A DNA stretch of 63,878 bases, filler included, from Octopus bimaculoides (GCF_001194135.2; 7 parts of 5 records of this genome joined end to end with filler, not necessarily neighbours in it), one strand, 5' to 3'. Counted from the first letter of the whole stretch, positions 1-11,072 are shown. Translations and numbers: made by a program. Notes: generated by a model not told the origin, from the sequence alone.

Positions 1-13
1 GAAACATTTCATC

Positions 14-178
14 TGTCACCCACACAAGAGCCAGTCCAGGGGCACTGGCAACAATCTCGCTCGAAAGATATCATGTGTCGCCCGCACATGAGCCAATCCA
101 GGGGCACCAGCAGCGATCTCGCTAGAAAAACCTCATGTGTCACCCGCACAAGAGCCGGCCCAGGGGCACCAGCAACGA
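14..178. repeat. 62-bp GC-rich tandem repeat, about 2.7 copies
   Basis: GGGGCAC(C/T) recurs at 39, 101 and 163 (period 62). A related unit occurs at 22620-22645. Confidence 0.85.
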
Positions 179-274
179 TAAATATATATATATATATATA
201 CATATATTCATATGTATATATGTATATATATAATATCTATTTATATACAATATATAAATATCATTTTCTCATGT

Positions 275-395
275 ACCCTTCTGTTGAAGAGCGTAGGCTC
301 CAAACGTAAATGATTTTCTCACCTTCCCAAGTATTAAACTAATACACCTGTTTGTTGTTTACACACGTCTTTGTCCTTTGTTTTTTTGTAAATTT
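275..395 (+). mobile_element. PLE-type 3' tail fragment with degenerate hammerhead motif
   Basis: CTGTTGA-A-GAGC-GTAG-GCTC-CAAA-CGTA at 281-308. Same family as 54770-54885 on the minus strand. Confidence 0.5.
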
Positions 396-666
396 CAGCT
401 ATATATATATATAATATATATATAAATACATACATATATATAGAGAGAGAGGGTATGAGAGGTAATGGTGTCAATAAGACCCAAAGTGTCAGGTAATGCT
501 GAGTAAGTGCTATGGACAGACCATAGTAAATCTCTAGGTTCGGTGATTATGCGAATCAGGAGTCCAACGTAGGTCATATATCAGCATGTGTGTATATAAA
601 AAATTTTTTTTTTCAGAATGAGATAAAAATCCAAGGCTGTGAAGATTTTACAACATTTATAAATAG

Positions 667-714
667 GTCTTACAGCTGTTTCTGGGATATTTATTATATC
701 CCTTCATCGGAGAC
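667..714 (-). ncRNA. Type I hammerhead ribozyme motif, one core substitution (U4C)
   Basis: Minus strand reads GUCU-CCGAUGA-A-GGGAUAU-aauaa-AUAUCCC-A-GAAA-CAGCUG-UA^AGAC. Helix I is GUCU/AGAC and helix III is the palindrome ACAGCUGU. Confidence 0.65.
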
Positions 715-1655
715 AGTGTGAGAAGATGGTTAAGTAACAGTTAATTTAGATAAGATATGAAATAGAGAGTGAAGTGGAGGAATGAAAATAGATGTGAGAT
801 ATGCAGGGATATTGCATTTGTAGATCCATTATTTAGGCAGAATGGTATACATATAAGATTCCAATACCTTGTGAGAAAATTCCAATAGTATTTAAAAGTG
901 GTCATTCCAAGTATAGAGTTTGTACACAGTGCTATTGAATCGAGGGTTTTATTTAAAGTGACCTAACAGTAGGGAATGTATTTGTATATAGCATGAACCA
1001 AAAATGTATACAGGATCAACCAAAAATTTTAAGCAACGATATGCCGCTTACCTCCATTCTATTAGATATGATAAACATAGTAAATCTACAACACTCGCAA
1101 CCACATACATCATTTCAAAAATACAAATATACCCTATACTCTATCATAGTCCATATTGGATTCAGGGCTTCCCTACTGAGGTCAATGCTCAACCTGCAAG
1201 CTTTACCTGAAGGAGGCACTTCACATATTAAAGCACAACTCTCCAGCACTGCTAAATAAACATAAGGAGGTACTAAACACATGCAACCACTGCTTTTTTC
1301 ACATTCAAATTCTACCACAAATCCAAATGCCTAAACGACCACACAGTATATTTCCACAATACCCCTTAGGTAATCCCAATAACCTTATAAATCTACATTT
1401 TAACTCCTAATCCCTATCTAATTCCTCTCTCATACTCGAATATCACAACCATCTAATTATATTCATGTGTACATGGATATGTGCATGTGTGTATGAGTGT
1501 ATGTGTGAATGTATGTATGTGAGCAAGGTATATATTCCTACGTGTGCAAAGGCAATAATACACACAGATACACATATATATGGATGTGCATGTGTACATA
1601 TATATATTATGAGTATGACTTGTATATGTAGATATTGATAGATATAAATATCTGT

Positions 1656-1662
<7 letters not shown>

Positions 1663-1740
<78 letters not shown>
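1663..1740. repeat. (TA)n microsatellite
   Basis: Pure TA run. Confidence 0.95.
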
Positions 1741-1743
<3 letters not shown>

Positions 1744-3193
1744 GCATCTGTATACATCTTCATATATATATTTTCTTCTACTACTAAGCACTGACCTGTC
1801 CAAATTACTACCTCTCCCTCTGCCCCATCATTTAGACTCTATTACTATATAACTGACACTCCTTTACTTTTTATACTATTATACCTCTCTCTCTATCACC
1901 CCCATTCCTTCTATCTGATACTCCTTTACTCTTTACCCTATCATCTTTTCTCGTTCTATCACCCTCATCTCCCCATTTTTACTTTCAATTTATCTTGACT
2001 GACCACTAACTGGTACACTTTCCCTGTCTTCATCTCTTTATTATCTCTCTCCTTGTTTTTCTTTTTTCCTTTTTTTTTTATTCCTCTCTTCCTGTTTATT
2101 TCTTTTTTTTTCTCTTTTCTTTATTCCTCTCTTCCTGTTTGCAATTTGATCTTACAAATACATTCCCTACTGTTAGGTCACTTTGAATTAAAATCCTTGA
2201 TTCAATAGCACTGTGTACAAACTCTATACTTGGAATAACCACTTTTAAATACTATTGGAATTTATTCACAAGGTATTAGAATCTTACATGTATACCATTC
2301 TGCCTAAATAATGGATCCACAAATGCAATATCCCTGCATATCTCACATCTATTTTCATTCCTCCACTTCACTCTCTATTTCATATCTTATCTAAATTAAC
2401 TATTGCTTAACCATCTTCTCACACTGCAATGAAGGGATATAATAAATATCCCAGAAACAGCTGTAAGACCTTCTATTTATAAATGTTGTAAAATCTTCAT
2501 AGCTTGGTTTTTTATCTCATTCTGAAAAAAAAAATGTATATATATATATATATATATNNNNNNNNNNNNNNNNNNNNNNNNNNNNNNNNNNNNNNNNNNN
2601 NNNNNNNNNNNNNNNNNNNNNNNNNNNNNNNNNNNNNNNNNNNNNNNNNNNNNNNNNNNNNNNNNNNNNNNNNNNNNNNNNNNNNNNNNNNNNNNNNNNN
2701 NNNNNNNNNNNNNNNNNNNNNNNNNNNNNNNNNNNNNNNNNNNNNNNNNNNNNNNNNNNNNNNNNNNNNNNNNNNNNNNNNNNNNNNNNNNNNNNNNNNN
2801 NNNNNNNNNNNNNNNNNNNNNNNNNNNNNNNNNNNNNNNNNNNNNNNNNNNNNNNNNNNNNNNNNNNNNNNNNNNNNNNNNNNNNNNNNNNNNNNNNNNN
2901 NNNNNNNNNNNNNNNNNNNNNNNNNNNNNNNNNNNNNNNNNNNNNNNNNNNNNNNNNNNNNNNNNNNNNNNNNNNNNNNNNNNNNNNNNNNNNNNNNNNN
3001 NNNNNNNNNNNNNNNNNNNNNNNNNNNNNNNNNNNNNNNNNNNNNNNNNNNNNNNNNNNNNNNNNNNNNNNNNNNNNNNNNNNNNNNNNNNNNNNNNNNN
3101 NNNNNNNNNNNNNNNNNNNNNNNNNNNNNNNNNNNNNNNNNNNNNNNNNNNNNNNNNNNNNNNNNNNNNNNNNNNNNNTATATATATATATAT

Positions 3194-3508
3194 GCTGAAA
3201 CCCCTTTCGGTCATGACTGACCAGGGAATTGCACCTAGAAAGTTACCCTCCCAGGCACAAGACCGGGCAAGGTTGTTTATGGAAGAACAGCAGTCGCCCA
3301 TGCATATCGGCCTCCCCTCACCATGCCACCAGTGTTATCCAAGGGAAAGGCAAAGGCTGATACAGCTTGGCACCTGTGATGTCGCAACTCATTTCTACAG
3401 CTGAGTGAACTGGAGCAACGTGAACACAACACGCAGCCTGGTCCGGAATTCGAATTCACAACCTCACGATCACAAGCTTGACGCTCTAACCACTGAGCCA
3501 TGCAACTT
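3194..3508 (-). mobile_element. tRNA-derived SINE
   Basis: Minus strand has A-box-like TGGCTCAGTGG and B-box-like GAATTCGAATTCC, then the core CACGTTGCTCCAGTTCACTCAGCTGTAGAAATGAG shared with 46111 and 51183. Confidence 0.75.
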
Positions 3509-3740
3509 CTATATAATATATATATAATACATATATATATAATATATATATATATATATGTATATTATTTACATTATTATTTAATTCAATGCAACACATC
3601 CATTTCCAAGTAAGTATATATATATATAAATACATATATACATATATGGATGTATATATATCATATATATATATATATCTATAATATGTGTGTGTGTGTG
3701 TGCGTGTGTGTGTGTGTGTGTGTGCGTGCATGTATATATA

Positions 3741-4047
3741 TAAACATAATTAAGAGATCAGCAACAGTTGCTTCACCNNNNNNNNNNCATGCATGCACAA
3801 TTGCCAGCATCGTCAGACTTGCAAACTGGAATATCATACTGATGAGGAAATGAAAAGTTTTTCACTTTTCTAAGCCAGAAATGCGTCTATGATTAACTAA
3901 GATTGGTTTGTTTCGTTGTTTTTTCTTCATGTTTTGCCTTTGTGAGTTACAAGTATTGCTATCTGTTGGAGTTTCAGCACTTTAGCTGCTATTTCTGAAC
4001 TTCAGTATGTGGTGAAGCAACTGTTGCTGATCCCTTAATTATGTTTA
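3741..4047 (+). mobile_element. About 300-bp non-autonomous element with 37-bp inverted ends and an internal hammerhead
   Basis: 3741-3777 versus 4011-4047 are reverse complements with 1 mismatch, in TA flanks. Hammerhead at 3833-3893. Confidence 0.75.
3833..3893 (+). ncRNA. Type I hammerhead ribozyme motif, catalytic core intact
   Basis: AUCAUA-CUGAUGA-(32-nt helix II region)-GAAA-UGC-GUC^UAUGAU. Helix I is a perfect 6 bp, and the cleavage triplet GUC ends at 3887. Confidence 0.7.
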
Positions 4048-4171
4048 TAAATGTATAAGAACTTTTAAATAAGTTCTTCACCGATAATGGTGTTTACATA
4101 CCGAAGGGCTTGGTAAAAATTATTAATTATTAATTTATTAATAAATTGATAATCCTTTACCCTTTTATTTG

Positions 4172-4235
<64 letters not shown>

Positions 4236-4540
4236 TACATATATAATATATTTATAATACACATATATGTAATATGAATTCATCCGATCCTATATGCTTA
4301 TCAGACCACACATTGAGACCCTGGATGTCATAATAAAAAACTATTGTGGCAAGGCTTATAAGGATGGAGAAGATGAAAAAGAAACAAAACCCGGAAGTCT
4401 CTTTGATCCAGTGGTTCCTCAAAAGAATGGATCCCCACCCCTGTGAACAACCAGGCAGAAAGAGATAGGGGAACCAAGGAAGCAGCAACTAGAAGCCCCT
4501 CTGTACCAGTGGTCCTACAAAGGAACGGGCCCTCACCCCA

Positions 4541-5050
4541 TTGGACAACCAGAGGAAAAAAGTTCTCACCACAAGAAAAGAAAGGACTGAACACAAACAC
4601 AAACATAAAGAAGGAAAGAAAGAAAAAGGAAAAGGCAAAAGTGAAACAACCAAAACCGAAACCCCAACCCACCAAACAAAAAACAGAAAACCTCATGGAA
4701 GATCCAATGCCATCCAAAACTCTACAGGAAAGAAGAAATTTGGAAGGCACTCAAGAACCTGCAAATTTTACCTGCAAGGCAAATGTTGGCATGGGGAGGT
4801 TGGCAAAAACTGCCAGTTTGCCTACCCAACACCCTGCCAAAACTACAAGGGCCTTAAGGAGAAAAACTTTCCTGAGGAAAGACAACAAATGTCTTCAAGG
4901 AAAAAATTTACAAAAGAAGTGCGCTCTTCAGAAATTATGCGCAAAGCAGCAGCTGAGCAAGAGTCTTTTTTGTATATGGCGCAAAAGATTGTGCTAGCTA
5001 CACCTGGCTACATCAAGTACAAACAAGGAACCTTGCCCGCCACTGCGTAA
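4541..5050 (+). pseudogene. LINE ORF1 C-terminal part with CCCH-like zinc finger
   Basis: Lys-rich segment followed by CKFYLQGKCWHGEVGKNCQFAYP (C-x7-C-x8-C-x3-Y; the last His is replaced by Tyr). Confidence 0.6.
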
Positions 5051-5075
5051 GACCACCACAGTCAACAGACATGGA

Positions 5076-6340
5076 ATGGCCTCCCCTAACGCCTGCACAG
5101 TCGTCATGCCAATATTTTTACTAAATATTGGGGGCCTGTTGCATCGTAATAAAAGCAAAATTTCTTTCCTGAGAGACCTTGCTGCATGCAATCAAGCCCT
5201 ATGCATAGCACTCACAGAAACTCACCTCAGCCCTGATATAGACGATGCAGAAGTACACATACCAAAATATGCCATACTGTGAACAAACAGAAGGGAAAGG
5301 AGCCATGGTGGAGTTGCTGTATACATCCGTGACGACCTCACACCCCAGGTCTTGCTGTCATACTCAAATTCAGTATGCGACACTCTAATTGTATACATAA
5401 GACAACATAATATAGTCATATGCAATACATATTGCCCACCGGATGCTCCAAACCACATAGGCAAGTTTGAAGATTACCTCACAAGAATGAAAGAAATCCT
5501 CATGAAACTGGAAGACCACGTGACCATATTTCTTATGGGTGATTTCAACTTCCCCAACGTCAAATGGCCTGAAGGTCTCATACTCTCAGGAATGACTCAT
5601 TACAAGCAAGCACAGGTGGGTCCCTGCTCAACCTCACTAATGCCCTATTCATGGAGCAAGCTGTACTCAGACCAACTAGGGCGAATAACATTTTGGATCT
5701 CTGCTTCACGAACAATATGGACATCATTCATGATGTGAAAGGGACGCCGACATTTGTCTCGGATCACAACATAATAGAGCTGTCTATGTTTGGGCCAAAA
5801 GTAAACAGAGACATACAGCCTAAAGGAAGCACCCAAAATCTCTCCAATCTGAACTTCCACAAAGTAGACTGGAAATCGATGCAAAAAGAGATCCTTAGAG
5901 CAGACTGGCCGAAATGTCTCTCTACACCAGACATTGACATGAAACTAGAATGTTTCGTGTGTGTTGTGCAAGCCATATGCCAGAAATATGTTCCAGAACA
6001 CAAGGCCAAAATAAATAGGAACAAGATTCCAGGGGAGAGCAAGATCCTCATGAGACAGTGGACGAAGGTTACAAATCGACTCAACCAGCATCCCAAAAGT
6101 AGCGAAAGGTCCCGCCTAAAAACAACGCTGATGGAGATTGAAAAAAGGTTGCAACAATCCTATGTGAAGGAGAGAGCAAACAAAGAAGCCTGGGCTATAA
6201 AAAACATTAAGTCAAACCCAAAAGGCCTTCTTTCATTACACGAAAGAAACAGGCTCAGTACGCTGCAAGATAGGACTTCTCTTCCAAAAAGGATGGCTCC
6301 ATCACAGACAGTTCAATTAGTATCAGTGAGGTACTGAATG
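5076..6340 (+). pseudogene. LINE ORF2 apurinic-endonuclease domain, with stops and frameshifts
   Basis: ORFs 5076-5282, 5352-5738 and 5651-6337 carry consecutive APE motifs in shifted frames. Confidence 0.85.
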
Positions 6341-6384
6341 ACCAGTTCAAAAGTGTCTTTACTACCCCGTTTGAACACAGACAA

Positions 6385-8073
6385 GTGAACGAACCAGTGG
6401 ACTTCTTTGCCGCCTCACCTATAACTAGCGAGGAAATTACAATGGAATACATCGACATTAGTGAAGAAGATATACTACTAGCCACAGATGAGGTGGACGT
6501 AAACTCAACTGCTGGTCCTGATGGTTTCTCAGCAATCCTCCTCAAATCATGTAAGCTTGCCCTGGCAAAACCCCTCCAGATTCTCTTCCAGAGCTTTCTT
6601 GCAAATGGCAGACTGTTAAGCAAGCTGAAGGAGGGAATAATATGCCCAATCCATAAAGGGGGAAGCAGAGCAGATGCCAAAAACTATAGGCCTATCTCTC
6701 TGACTTCACACATCAGCAATGTCATGGAACGGATAGTCAGAGGGAAACTAATCGCATTCCTTGAAGAAAATAACTTGCTGAGTGATACCAAGCATGGCTT
6801 TCGACCAGGTAGGAGCTGCCCGACCCAGCTCTTACAACATTATGACTGGGTGTTCAGGCAGTTACTGAACAACTCAAATGTGGACGTAATATACCTTGAT
6901 TTTGCAAAAGCTTTTGACAAAGTGGATCATGGTATGATATGCCACAAACTGTGTGATCTCGGCATAGCTGGCAAACTTGGAGAGTGGTTACATGACTTTC
7001 TGAAAGATAGAAGTCAGGTAGTAGTGGCTAATGGAGCCACCTCTATGAAAACACAAATAGTGAGCAGTGTTCCACAGGACACTGTCTTGGGACCACTACT
7101 TTTTATAGTGGCTCTCTCAGATATGCCCTCAAGTGCCCGGATAGCCACCCTTGATAGCTACGCAGATGCAACGAAAGTCTCACAGAAAATACGGAACCCC
7201 AGCGATGTTGCACATATGCAGCAGGAGTTGGACTCAATTTACAGATGCACTGAGGATAATAATATGCAGTTTAATACTGAAAAATTCCAAGCCCTGCACT
7301 ATCAGTGTCCCAAACTGAATATGAAACTTACAGGATACACTGGTCCACGGGGTATTTCAATCCCAAAGCCTAAATCAGTGAGGGACCTGGGTATCGACAT
7401 GAGTAATGATACCTCTTTCCAAGTGTACTTTACCAGGATGGCGACAAAGTGCAGACGACTGGCTGGATGGATCCTGAGAACATTCAGAACCAGAGAAAAG
7501 GAAACCATGATGGTCCTCTGGAGGACATTCGTCCTCAGCCTCCTGGATTACTGCTCCCAGCTATGGTCACCCAATAGTGTGAAATTAACAGTGGACCTTG
7601 AAGCCATCCAGATAAGATTCACAAAGAAGATCGTCTCATTGCAACAGCTCAGCTGCTGGGAGAGGCTGAAACAGCTAAGATTCTACTCCCTGGAGAGAAG
7701 GTGGCAGAGGTATGCAGTAATATACATCTGGAAGATCCTGGAAGGAATTGTGCCAAATTTTGGCATTGAAAGCTACACCCATGCCAGAACGGGACGACAC
7801 TGCACAGTGCCAAAGATTCCAGCAACGCCATTGTACTTTAGGACTAGTTACTGCAATAGCCTGGGTTTCAGGGGCCCACAGCTTTTTAATATTCTCCCAA
7901 AGAGCTTGAGAAACCTGCACAAAGTAGATGTAGGTGTTTTTAAATCAAAGCTGGACCTCTTCCTGTCAAGAGTCCCAGATGAACCTACCTCACAGCAAGA
8001 GGTGCAAATTAGGGTAGCTACATCAAACTCCATTCTTCACCAAGTACCACATATTGGAGGAGACTGTCAGTAA
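6385..8073 (+). CDS. LINE reverse transcriptase, 562-aa open frame, probably inactive
   Basis: Complete CR1-type RT motif series. The catalytic YADD is changed to YADA and PQG to PQD. Confidence 0.85.
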   Translation: MNEPVDFFAASPITSEEITMEYIDISEEDILLATDEVDVNSTAGPDGFSAILLKSCKLALAKPLQILFQSFLANGRLLSKLKEGIICPIHKGGSRADAKNYRPISLTSHISNVMERIVRGKLIAFLEENNLLSDTKHGFRPGRSCPTQLLQHYDWVFRQLLNNSNVDVIYLDFAKAFDKVDHGMICHKLCDLGIAGKLGEWLHDFLKDRSQVVVANGATSMKTQIVSSVPQDTVLGPLLFIVALSDMPSSARIATLDSYADATKVSQKIRNPSDVAHMQQELDSIYRCTEDNNMQFNTEKFQALHYQCPKLNMKLTGYTGPRGISIPKPKSVRDLGIDMSNDTSFQVYFTRMATKCRRLAGWILRTFRTREKETMMVLWRTFVLSLLDYCSQLWSPNSVKLTVDLEAIQIRFTKKIVSLQQLSCWERLKQLRFYSLERRWQRYAVIYIWKILEGIVPNFGIESYTHARTGRHCTVPKIPATPLYFRTSYCNSLGFRGPQLFNILPKSLRNLHKVDVGVFKSKLDLFLSRVPDEPTSQQEVQIRVATSNSILHQVPHIGGDCQ

Positions 8074-9018
8074 TGACAGTGTAGCAAAAACGGCGGTGTA
8101 TCTGCATGGCCACAGCTCTGAGCTGAAACAACAGAAAAAAAAAGAAGAAAAGAAAAAAAAATATTATTTACATTATTATTTAATTTAATGCAAAGCATCC
8201 ATTTCCAAGTAAGTATATNNNNNNNNNNNNNNNNNNNNNNNNNNNNNNNNNNNNNNNNNNNNNNNNNNNNNNNNNNNNNNNNNNNNNNNNNNNNNNNNNN
8301 NNNNNNNNNNNNNNNNNNNNNNNNNNNNNNNNNNNNNNNNNNNNNNNNNNNNNNNNNNNNNNNNNNNNNNNNNNNNNNNNNNNNNNNNNNNNNNNNNNNN
8401 NNNNNNNNNNNNNNNNNNNNNNNNNNNNNNNNNNNNNNNNNNNNNNNNNNNNNNNNNNNNNNNNNNNNNNNNNNNNNNNNNNNNNNNNNNNNNNNNNNNN
8501 NNNNNNNNNNNNNNNNNNNNNNNNNNNNNNNNNNNNNNNNNNNNNNNNNNNNNNNNNNNNNNNNNNNNNNNNNNNNNNNNNNNNNNNNNNNNNNNNNNNN
8601 NNNNNNNNNNNNNNNNNNNNNNNNNNNNNNNNNNNNNNNNNNNNNNNNNNNNNNNNNNNNNNNNNNNNNNNNNNNNNNNNNNNNNNNNNNNNNNNNNNNN
8701 NNNNNNNNNNNNNNNNNNNNNNNNNNNNNNNNNNNNNNNNNNNNNNNNNNNNNNNNNNNNNNNNNNNNNNNNNNNNNNNNNNNNNNNNNNNNNNNNNNNN
8801 NNNNNNNNNNNNNNNNNNNNNNNNNNNNNNNNNNNNNNNNNNNNNNNNNNNNNNNNNNNNNNNNNNNNNNNNNNNNNNNNNNNNNNNNNNNNNNNNNNNN
8901 NNNNNNNNNNNNNNNNNNNNNNNNNNNNNNNNNNNNNNNNTATATATATATGTATAATATCTATCTATATATATATATATATATATAAAACATATATCTA
9001 ATGTATATATATATATCA

Positions 9019-9390
9019 TGGTTGTGTGGTAAGTAGCTTGCTCACCAACCACATGGTCCCGAGTTCAGTTCCACTGCTTGGCATCTTGGGCAAGTGTCTT
9101 CTATAGCCTCCAGCTGACCAAAGCCTTGTGAGTGGATTTGGTAGACGGAGACTCAAAGAAGTCTGTCGCATATACATATGTATATAAATATACATATATG
9201 CATATGTATGTGTGTGTATATGTTGACGTGTCAGTGTTTGTCCCTTCAACATCGCTTGACAACTGATGCTGGTGTGTTTACATCCCCATAACTTTGCAGT
9301 CCCACAAAAAGAGACTGATAGAATAAGTATTATGCTTACAAAGCTTAAGCCCTGGGGTTGATTTGCTCGACTAAAGGTGGTGCTCCAGAA
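9019..9390 (+). mobile_element. Dominant octopus-type tRNA-derived SINE (family A)
   Basis: Head GTGTGGTAAGTAGCTTGC...GAGTTCAGTTCC, body GGCAAGTGTCTTCT...GTGAGTGGATTTGGTAGACGG, internal microsatellite, tail GGTGGTGCTCCAG. Confidence 0.85.
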
Positions 9391-11072
9391 GACACTTGCA
9401 CAAGGTGCCACACAGTGGGACTGAACCCAAGACCATGTGGTTGGTAAGCANNNNNNNNNNNNNNNNNNNNNNNNNNNNNNNNNNNNNNNNNNNNNNNNNN
9501 NNNNNNNNNNNNNNNNNNNNNNNNNNNNNNNNNNNNNNNNNNNNNNNNNNTCTCTCTCCACCAACAACACATAGCTCATCACAGCCCATAACACCACACC
9601 AAGTTTATAAAGTTAATACATTACGCAGTTAACTAAATCAAAGGCTTTAATAATCAGGAAAAACAGATTAATATTTATGCTTATAAAAAGAAAAAAATAA
9701 CAAGTCAAAAATTTATCATTCCCTTTTCAGTTGACAATCCAGAAAGAAAATTTGTTTGATGAAAAGAAACTAAATTATAAAGTGATAACTAAAGCAAGTG
9801 AGCTGGGAAACTCATGGAGATTTATTGCTGATTTATTGTTGAATCAAACTCGAATTGTCAAAAAGAGTTAGCAAAGTATATTGAAAATGTATTTTCTTTT
9901 TTAAAGAAAAATGATTTTATAATATATTTTTGTTATATTCTATTAAACATAGTTCAGTATTAAATTAAGTATATAATACTATTCAGTGACCAATTATTGA
10001 ATTATTAAATTGATTAATAATTTAATAGTTGTATAAAAGTGCATATAAGAATGATTTTATCTATTTTTGTAATGAATTATCAGTTTGTTTTGGGGTACCC
10101 TCAGTGTCTCACCTCCCTCTTGATTGCCCATCTTAATTTGAATATTTCTCAAAGCCCTTATTAATTATAGGTTTTTTGAAAATAAATCCTATACTCGTAT
10201 GTGAAAAAACAGTTTTCCTGACCGCTTGGGTCCAGTTTGAATGATTGATCAATGATTTAACTTGGTGGATTAACCTTTCCATCCTTGCCTCTGACGCTAT
10301 GGACCTAGATGGGATACATAAATATTCCATCTAGGTCCATAATTAAAGTAACTTATAAAAACTTAGGTAAAATGAAGTAAAAAGAAGTAGATACTTGCAC
10401 ACTAACGATGCAGAAAAATATAATTAAACAAGCAAGTATGGAATCAAGAGCAGAAGTAGGACGAGATAAGCAGAGAAAGAGAAAGAAGTATAATTTGACA
10501 AAGAAAAAAGGAAAAATGAGCCGTAAAGAACTTGTGCAGATGTTAACCAGTTAGCATGGACATTGTTGATTAGATGGATTTTCCATGTCGTCAATAATGT
10601 TGAAGTGGAGTTTTGATTAATAACTGTGACCTTACCTTCTGCACTGTCCATTATGTTTGTATGTTTTGCAGCTTTAAAATTTTGGAGCAATTTAGTATGA
10701 TGCAATGATATGTAGCTGTTCATCTTATGAACCAGACATATAACACTCAAAATCTAATATTAGAAAATTAGTACATAAGGATGATCCATCATAATTATAA
10801 ATGCATATACATGTGTTTCTTATATATATAGAGGAATTTCAACCATGTTTCGTGGTCTGCTACCACAACAGCTCCTTTATAGGATCCAGTTAGCTCAAGA
10901 CATCATCAGGAGGAACGACGTCCGGTTTCGGCCCCTATTCCTCTACCGTTTTGACGTGGCGGGGCCACCCCCTTTTGGAGGTGTCTTCAGCTCTGGTGTT
11001 GTGAACTTTACAAATAAAAATATATACCTACATGTTGAAATTTTATGATTCCCAAATTTTCTNNNNNNNNNN

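Larger units (their letters stand above)
601..2535 (+). mobile_element. 5'-truncated Penelope-like element (GIY-YIG region) with inverted terminal repeats
   Basis: 601-987 is the reverse complement of 2154-2535. The internal frame YTGSTKNFKQRYAAYLHSIRYDKHSKSTTLA (1004-1100) resembles a PLE GIY-YIG endonuclease. Interrupted by microsatellites. Confidence 0.75.
4275..8160 (+). mobile_element. CR1-clade LINE, near full length, decayed (ORF1 remnant, APE, RT, A-rich tail)
   Basis: APE motifs IALTETHL, HGGVAVYI, MGDFNFP, SDHNIIE. RT motifs GPDGF, NYRPISLTS, YLDFAKAFDKVDH, VPQDTVLGPLLF, YADATK. Ends in an A-rich tail at 8135-8160. Confidence 0.92.

Noticed and set aside
14-178. CRISPR-like periodic array
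   Set aside because: Units are homologous along their whole length with no unique spacers, in a eukaryotic context with no cas genes.
1443-1803. Many long ORFs rich in YI, HT, CV or X (e.g. 1443-1803, 38117-39429, 47582-48846, 51302-52163)
   Set aside because: They are translations of TA/CA microsatellites or N gaps.
10133-10330. 65-aa minus-strand ORF as PDCD6 exon 2 or 3
   Set aside because: The translation does not resemble VDKDRSG or GTWTPFNP in any frame.
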